Part shown: positions 58,301 to 64,000 of the stretch, piece by piece
How the letters are laid out: the number at the start of each line of letters is the position of its first letter
Position numbering within the stretch: position 1 is the first letter of the stretch
NCBI GenBank assembly: GCA_964016885.1
Contig: OZ024743.1
Span: 65,224,001-65,288,000, forward strand
DNA: 64,000 bases
DNA from: Eledone cirrhosa
Lineage: Eukaryota
Direction of reading: 5' to 3'
Program-made: the position numbers and the translations under genes
The notes under the pieces: model-generated
Told to the model about the DNA's origin: nothing
Database searches by the model: none
The model's input: only the letters and a program-made list of their open reading frames with translations

Positions 58301-58416
58301 GTAGATATGAAAGTACTTCACTCGAGGAAAGACTTATATAGAAAAATAGCGTATAATTAAAACAATAACATCAATAATAAAATACCGTATAATCTAAACA
58401 ATAACATCTATAATAA

Positions 58417-58606
58417 TTGTTTCTACTTTAGGCACAAGGCCAGCAGTTACCCAGTACATTACTGGTACTTTATTTTATCGACCCCGTAAGGATGAAAAGC
58501 AAAGTTAACTTCGGCGGGATTTGAACTCAGACTGTAAAGGGACGTAACTATGCTAGAAAGCATGGTGTCTGACGCTCTACCGATTCTGCCAATCTACCAC
58601 CCTTAT
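58417..58606 (-). mobile_element. family A SINE with 16-bp TSD nested in the PLE
   Basis: ataacatctataataa at 58401-58416 and 58607-58622. Confidence 0.85.
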
Positions 58607-60414
58607 ATAACATCTATAATAATACATGTATGGTAAATAGGTAGAGAAGTTACAGATGTAAAAAGTAAAAGTAAAATATAAGATAGGGTACATCAATGAA
58701 TATAGTTTTACAATAGATTCAAAGCACTCAACAAAGAAGTTTTCTGGAGTTATTAATATTATTCAAAATATTAATAAATGAAGACGTTCACATAATCAAA
58801 AGATAGGGTACATTAAAAAGTAAGAAAAAGAGAGAATGGAAAATATAAAGAGATAAACAAATAAATAGGTGAGAGCGTCTAAGTACATAGTAGTAGTTTT
58901 TGAGTAAGTGTTTTTATAAGGATTCGTTGGTGGGAAACTAGATTCAAGATGTACATAGATACGTGTAGAGAGTCCGATAAAAGAGACAATAAATTAGAGA
59001 TTAATTGCTGGATGCATGTATGATACTTATGGGCTAGGGATGACGAGACATTTGATAAACGCTTGTTGTAAATGTTTTGCTGTTCTAGCTTAATGGGGTT
59101 TATGCTGTTTCAGGGAGAGAAGGTGAAAGAAATGTTCAGAGATTTATGATCCAGTGACCAGTTGGCCGTTTGATAGCTAATAGCAGTGCGATGGTGTGTA
59201 TTCTCTATGTTAACATCTAGGTGGTTCAGTACTGATTTGGGGATTGCTGGTTCAATTCATGGTGGTTTAAAGTTTGTGAATCTAGTAGCTATTTTATATC
59301 TACAGAAAATAGATCTTTCTATTTTGCTGTTAAACAGCATCCCATCGTACCTTAAAATATGTAGTAGTTCTAAATTACAAAGCCTGCAGTGGGACATACC
59401 GTTGCTGTGGGCTTTTGCTACCGATAATTTTGACCAGCTAATCTTATATTCTAGGTTTCTGTCCTTAAGCTGCCAGATTTTATTGGCGAGCGTTGTAGAG
59501 TTCTCCAGTGCACGGTTCTTCATGGAGTGTCTGTGGACATACCACCTTTTCTTAAACTCCCCAGCCGTGGAACCTATGTAGTGCCAGGGGGGTGGGTGGG
59601 GTGGTTGTGATTTAGGCCTATTAATGTTTTGTTGTGATGTGTTCTGATGCGTTTGTGGTTGTGATGTTGCTATGTGTTTGTGTTTTGTATTTGGTGCTAT
59701 GGTGCGTGTTGGTAGGTTAATTTATTTAGATATTTTTGTGGTTGATCTTACGTATGTGTGATTCTATGTTGGCTGCAGTAGAGTAGGAAAGTTTTATAGC
59801 TTTTCTATTGAATATTTTATGGTATTTGTGTAGTGTAGGGAAGTGCTTATCTATTAGTTTAAAGAATGTAGAAGGTAGTTTAGTTTTTATAGAGGAGTTG
59901 AATATTGGATTGAACCATATGTACTTTCTATCTCTGTATCTTCTATAGTTTTTTTGGGTCCTTATATTAGTGTTCTGTTCGGTTATTTTTGGTGCTCGTT
60001 GTCTAACTCTATGCTTAGTCCTATACTTGTTATTTCTATATGAGCGGGTAGTGTTGCTGTCGTTAGGTTTGTTATTGTTGTCTCTATCTAATATGTATTC
60101 CAGCTTCTCTTTATGTCCAGCCTTATGTAAAGCTATGTTATAATAGTTTGCGTGTTCGTTAAAAATTTCTAGGTTCGAATATAGGCGGGATATTCTGAGG
60201 GATATACTATGTGCTATGGAGTTAATTATGGATCGGGGTGGTTTGAGTTATAATTAATGTAGGCTAGGTTTTCGTTATTCTTATGGAATAATCGTTATTC
60301 TTAATCCTGTGTTTAGGTTGAGAGTTACATCTAAGAAATTTGCTTTTTTAGAGTTAAGTTTCAACTGTTTGCCCCACTGTTCTTTTGTGTCGTCCTGACC
60401 TTATATATATATAT

Positions 60415-63207
60415 ATATATGTATGTAGAAGTTATATTTAAATTGTTGGGATACAACAAGCAAATATTTTTATAACTGATATAAAGCACTCAACAAATAT
60501 TTGGAGTAAAAATACGATATTAACAAATGGAAACTATATTTATAAAACCATATTTATTTCATTATACATATTTCAAGGACACCAAGTTAAATTATGGTGT
60601 GCTTTCATCAGATAAAATATAATATAGATCAGTTTTATAAATAAATATTGTCATACCCTTAAAGAATGCAACCATTACTGTTGGAAGCTCTCGGATAGTG
60701 GAGTTGTAGCTTTAATTATATTATTAGTATTGGATATTTTTAAAATAAGCCGTTGGGTTACGGAGAAAGAGAAAGATAGAGAAGGAAAGAGAGAGAAACA
60801 ACAGAGAGAGAAAGATAGAGAGAGAGAGAGGAGACAGAGAAAGGAGAGAGAACGAAAAACTCTAATTCATATCTTGTCGAGTTAACTTAACAATTGAGAT
60901 GAAATGAATAAATAAAATTAGAAATGTTAATAATCATGAATGGAATATACATATATAATATGAGAAATTTAACCATTGTTTAAATATGATTAGATGTTTA
61001 GTTAATCAGTTAAATATTGAGATCAATATATTAAAAATTGGGATCTATATATTAAGAAATCCATATATTATTAAAGATCTATATATTATATAACACGTAT
61101 ACACATGCAAAAATGCATACATATAAATATATATACACGCTTATAAAAATACATATACATATCTAACTACGTATATAATATATACATACAAAATATAAAG
61201 GATTCTTTAATTTAATTTAAGATATAGGAATCTTATAAAATGTTACAATTGTTAAGATATTAAAGGAAATTTTATGTTATACACACTTTATGTTATTAAA
61301 CAACATTTTTTATATAAGTTTTATAAGATTACCTGTTTATGGCTGTTATTATATGTCTATTTGTCACGAATCTTGGGATAATCATTATACATAAGTGCAA
61401 TCGAATTGTATGGATATACACGCACATGTACATACTCAATTCACACATATACATACACATATGTACCCTCACAAATAGGTAGATACGCATCACGTATATA
61501 TATACATACAGATAGACATACACGCATAAAACATATGTACATGTATGTCAATACACACATATAGAGAGAAGTATATATAAATACAGTACATAGTATAATT
61601 GAGTACATAAAATACAAAATAATTATATTACGATTTGGAAATATAATTATAAGCAATATAACTTTAAAAACAATATAACTTTAAAATATTATAGAATATT
61701 TCAAGTTATAATTTCAAAATAATAGTATGTTTAATATATTTAGTATAGAAATTTTCTACGTATATTTAACTTAATTTTATATCCACAAGAGAAATAAACA
61801 GAAACTTTGAAAGGATAAACTTTCGAAAATAGGAGAAGCTATCAAACAATAAAAAATAAAAAATAAAAAATAAAAAATAAAAAATATAAGAAATATTTTC
61901 TCCTTTCAAGAGCCCTCAGTATATTTCTCTAGAATAGTTTATTATATTTATTTATATTTAGGAAGAAAAGTTATTTTTACTTGAGTGTATAATCAGTCAA
62001 AAAAGATGAAGGAATCTAATGATTTATCGACAGGTTCAATATATTAATAAAATTAATAAATTAATTATATATTACATTTTAAATTTATATTTATATTTAA
62101 ATGTTGAGTTTAATCTAAGTCTACAGCAACTGAATAAATTATTCCTTAAGTTCAGGGAATTTTTGGTCTTTAATATAAAGAATATTTCCTCTATACAAAG
62201 ATCACAATTTTCTGAAGAGGAGTTAAAAGGAGTAGCTTTTGAAATAATATTCCAAATCAACGAATATTCAACGAATGTTCTTTAGTTTGAGGTCCCATAA
62301 TAGGCTAGATAGAGAAGTTGAAGATTTTTTGTTTGGATCTGTAAAAGAATGTTTATGATTATTGAAGCGGGATTTAAACTCTGTGGAAGTGGATCCCACA
62401 TAATTAAATGAATTTAAATTAGTTTTTACATTACAATTATATACTATATTTTTAGCTAAGCAATTGTTATTTAACGGACAGTTAGATTTATTTCTACAGT
62501 TACATTTATCAAATTGGATATTGCTTGGGTTATTATTGGTATTTTGGTTAGGTTTTACATTTCTATTATTAATTCTATTAATATTTTGCGCTAAATTTTT
62601 GGTGGAAGAATAAGTTAATTTTATAGTATGTCTATTAAAAATTGAGTAATATCTATGTGTTCTAGGGAAGAATTTGTCAAAAGCTTTAAAAAATAGTTTA
62701 GCAATAGGGGTTTTAATATTTAATGAGAAAGGAGGAGCGAACCATAATATGTTCCTAGTTCTATTTCTTTTTCCGCTTTCGGAATTAATGTAAGGTTTTC
62801 TATTATAGTTGTTAAAATTGTTACCATAGTTAAAATTGTTACGATTATGGTTAGTTTTTATATTATTATTATTATTATCAATGTATTTAATTTTATTTCT
62901 ATACCCAGCTCTACCTAACGCTTCGTTGTAATAATGTGCTTTTTCATCAAATATATTCTTATTAGCTGAAATTCTCGAAATTCGTCCAAAACTAATAATA
63001 TAATTAAAGCTACAACTCCACTATCCGGGAGCTTCCAACAGTAATGGTTGCATTCTTTAAGGGTATGTCAATATTTATTTATAAAACTGATCTATATTAT
63101 ATTTTATCTGATGAAAGCACACCATAATTTAACTTGGTGTCCTTGAAATATGTATAATGAAATAAATATGGTTTTATAAATATAGTTTCCATTTGTTAAT
63201 ATCGTAT
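60415..63207 (-). mobile_element. Penelope-like element with inverted terminal arm (60512-60730 / 62991-63207)
   Basis: Minus-strand coding remnant about 62072-62990: IWFAPPFS, CNCRNKSNCPL, IVY..YVGSTSTEFKSRFNNH, CDLCIEE. Hammerheads in both arms. Confidence 0.88.
63102..63162 (+). ncRNA. minimal hammerhead motif (mirror at 60557-60617, minus)
   Basis: TTTTAT-CTGATGA-AAG.ACACCA...TGGTGT.CTT-GAAA-TATGTA-TA-ATGAAA. Confidence 0.75.
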
Positions 63208-63505
63208 ATATATATATATATATATACGTTATTCCGAATGAAACAGTTCTAGTCCTGTAGAATCTCATCTATATTAAAACTTATATATATATATATATAT
63301 ATAGGGAAGGAGTCAGGACTCCGGCAGCCGAGCTCTGGCCGTTTCGACAGCTACATCCGAACTCCGAGGTCGGATCTAGCTGTCGAAACGTTCGGAGCTC
63401 AGCCGTCGGGGCTCCTGACTCTTTTTCTATTACCCACTTTACCACCCTAAGTATTGAGTGCTCTGGTGTGTTATGGTCCACCTGGTATCTTACCACAGCC
63501 TCTTT

Positions 63506-63552
<47 letters not shown>

Positions 63553-63654
63553 GGAAAAAATGAAACGAAATTTCATTTCTCACTCTTAGTACGGCTGTTA
63601 CTTAGATATAAGTAAGTATACGTACATACATATATGTATACAGACGTACAGTAG

Positions 63655-63732
<78 letters not shown>

Positions 63733-64000
63733 CATGCACACATATATATATGTACGTATGGATTCACCGAACATTTATTATAATGCTCGGTGTGTTTGTA
63801 AACAAACATCCCGAATTAAGCCGTACAGTGTCTAGCAACCATCGTTGCTCATTTGTTCAACACTGACAAAGGAACGCTGTACTAGTTTCAAGCTTATTAG
63901 CTATCGTCAGCAACGTATACCTTCCTGCCAGATGGTTGAACGTCTGAAAGTATATACTTTCCACATGCATATTAACGGCTGAGCAGCCTAATTTGCATAT

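Larger units (their letters stand above)
58135..60365 (-). mobile_element. decayed Penelope-like element (RT C-terminus plus GIY-YIG) with nested insertions
   Basis: ANFLDVTLNL near 60320-60345; YIWFNP; YIGSTAGEFKKRW..H at about 59540-59585; CRLC..E in ORF 59257-59523. Confidence 0.85.

Overview
AT-rich, microsatellite-saturated animal genomic DNA. The SINE and repeat landscape resembles an octopus/coleoid genome, but that is inference from recognition only. No intact host protein-coding gene is supportable; almost all listed ORFs are simple-repeat artefacts. Identifiable content is transposon-derived: a frameshifted hAT element with TIRs and an 8-bp TSD, a deleted mariner, Helitrons, piggyBac- and Charlie-type MITEs, CR1/RTE/CRE LINE fragments, tRNA-derived SINEs, a non-coding LTR element, and several Penelope-like elements (PLEs; RT C-terminus plus GIY-YIG). 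The main signal is about 20 hand-foldable minimal type I hammerhead ribozyme motifs from roughly 14 sequence-distinct families. Nearly all have a palindromic stem III. Many sit in head-to-head fold-back insertions whose two 3' ends point outward into (TA)n or similar tracts. Also noted: a duplicated candidate promoter/first exon, a candidate micro-exon, and a 79-bp tandem array born inside a CRE retrotransposon ORF. One 200-N assembly gap lies at 39041-39240. Coordinates were counted by eye and may be off by a few bases.
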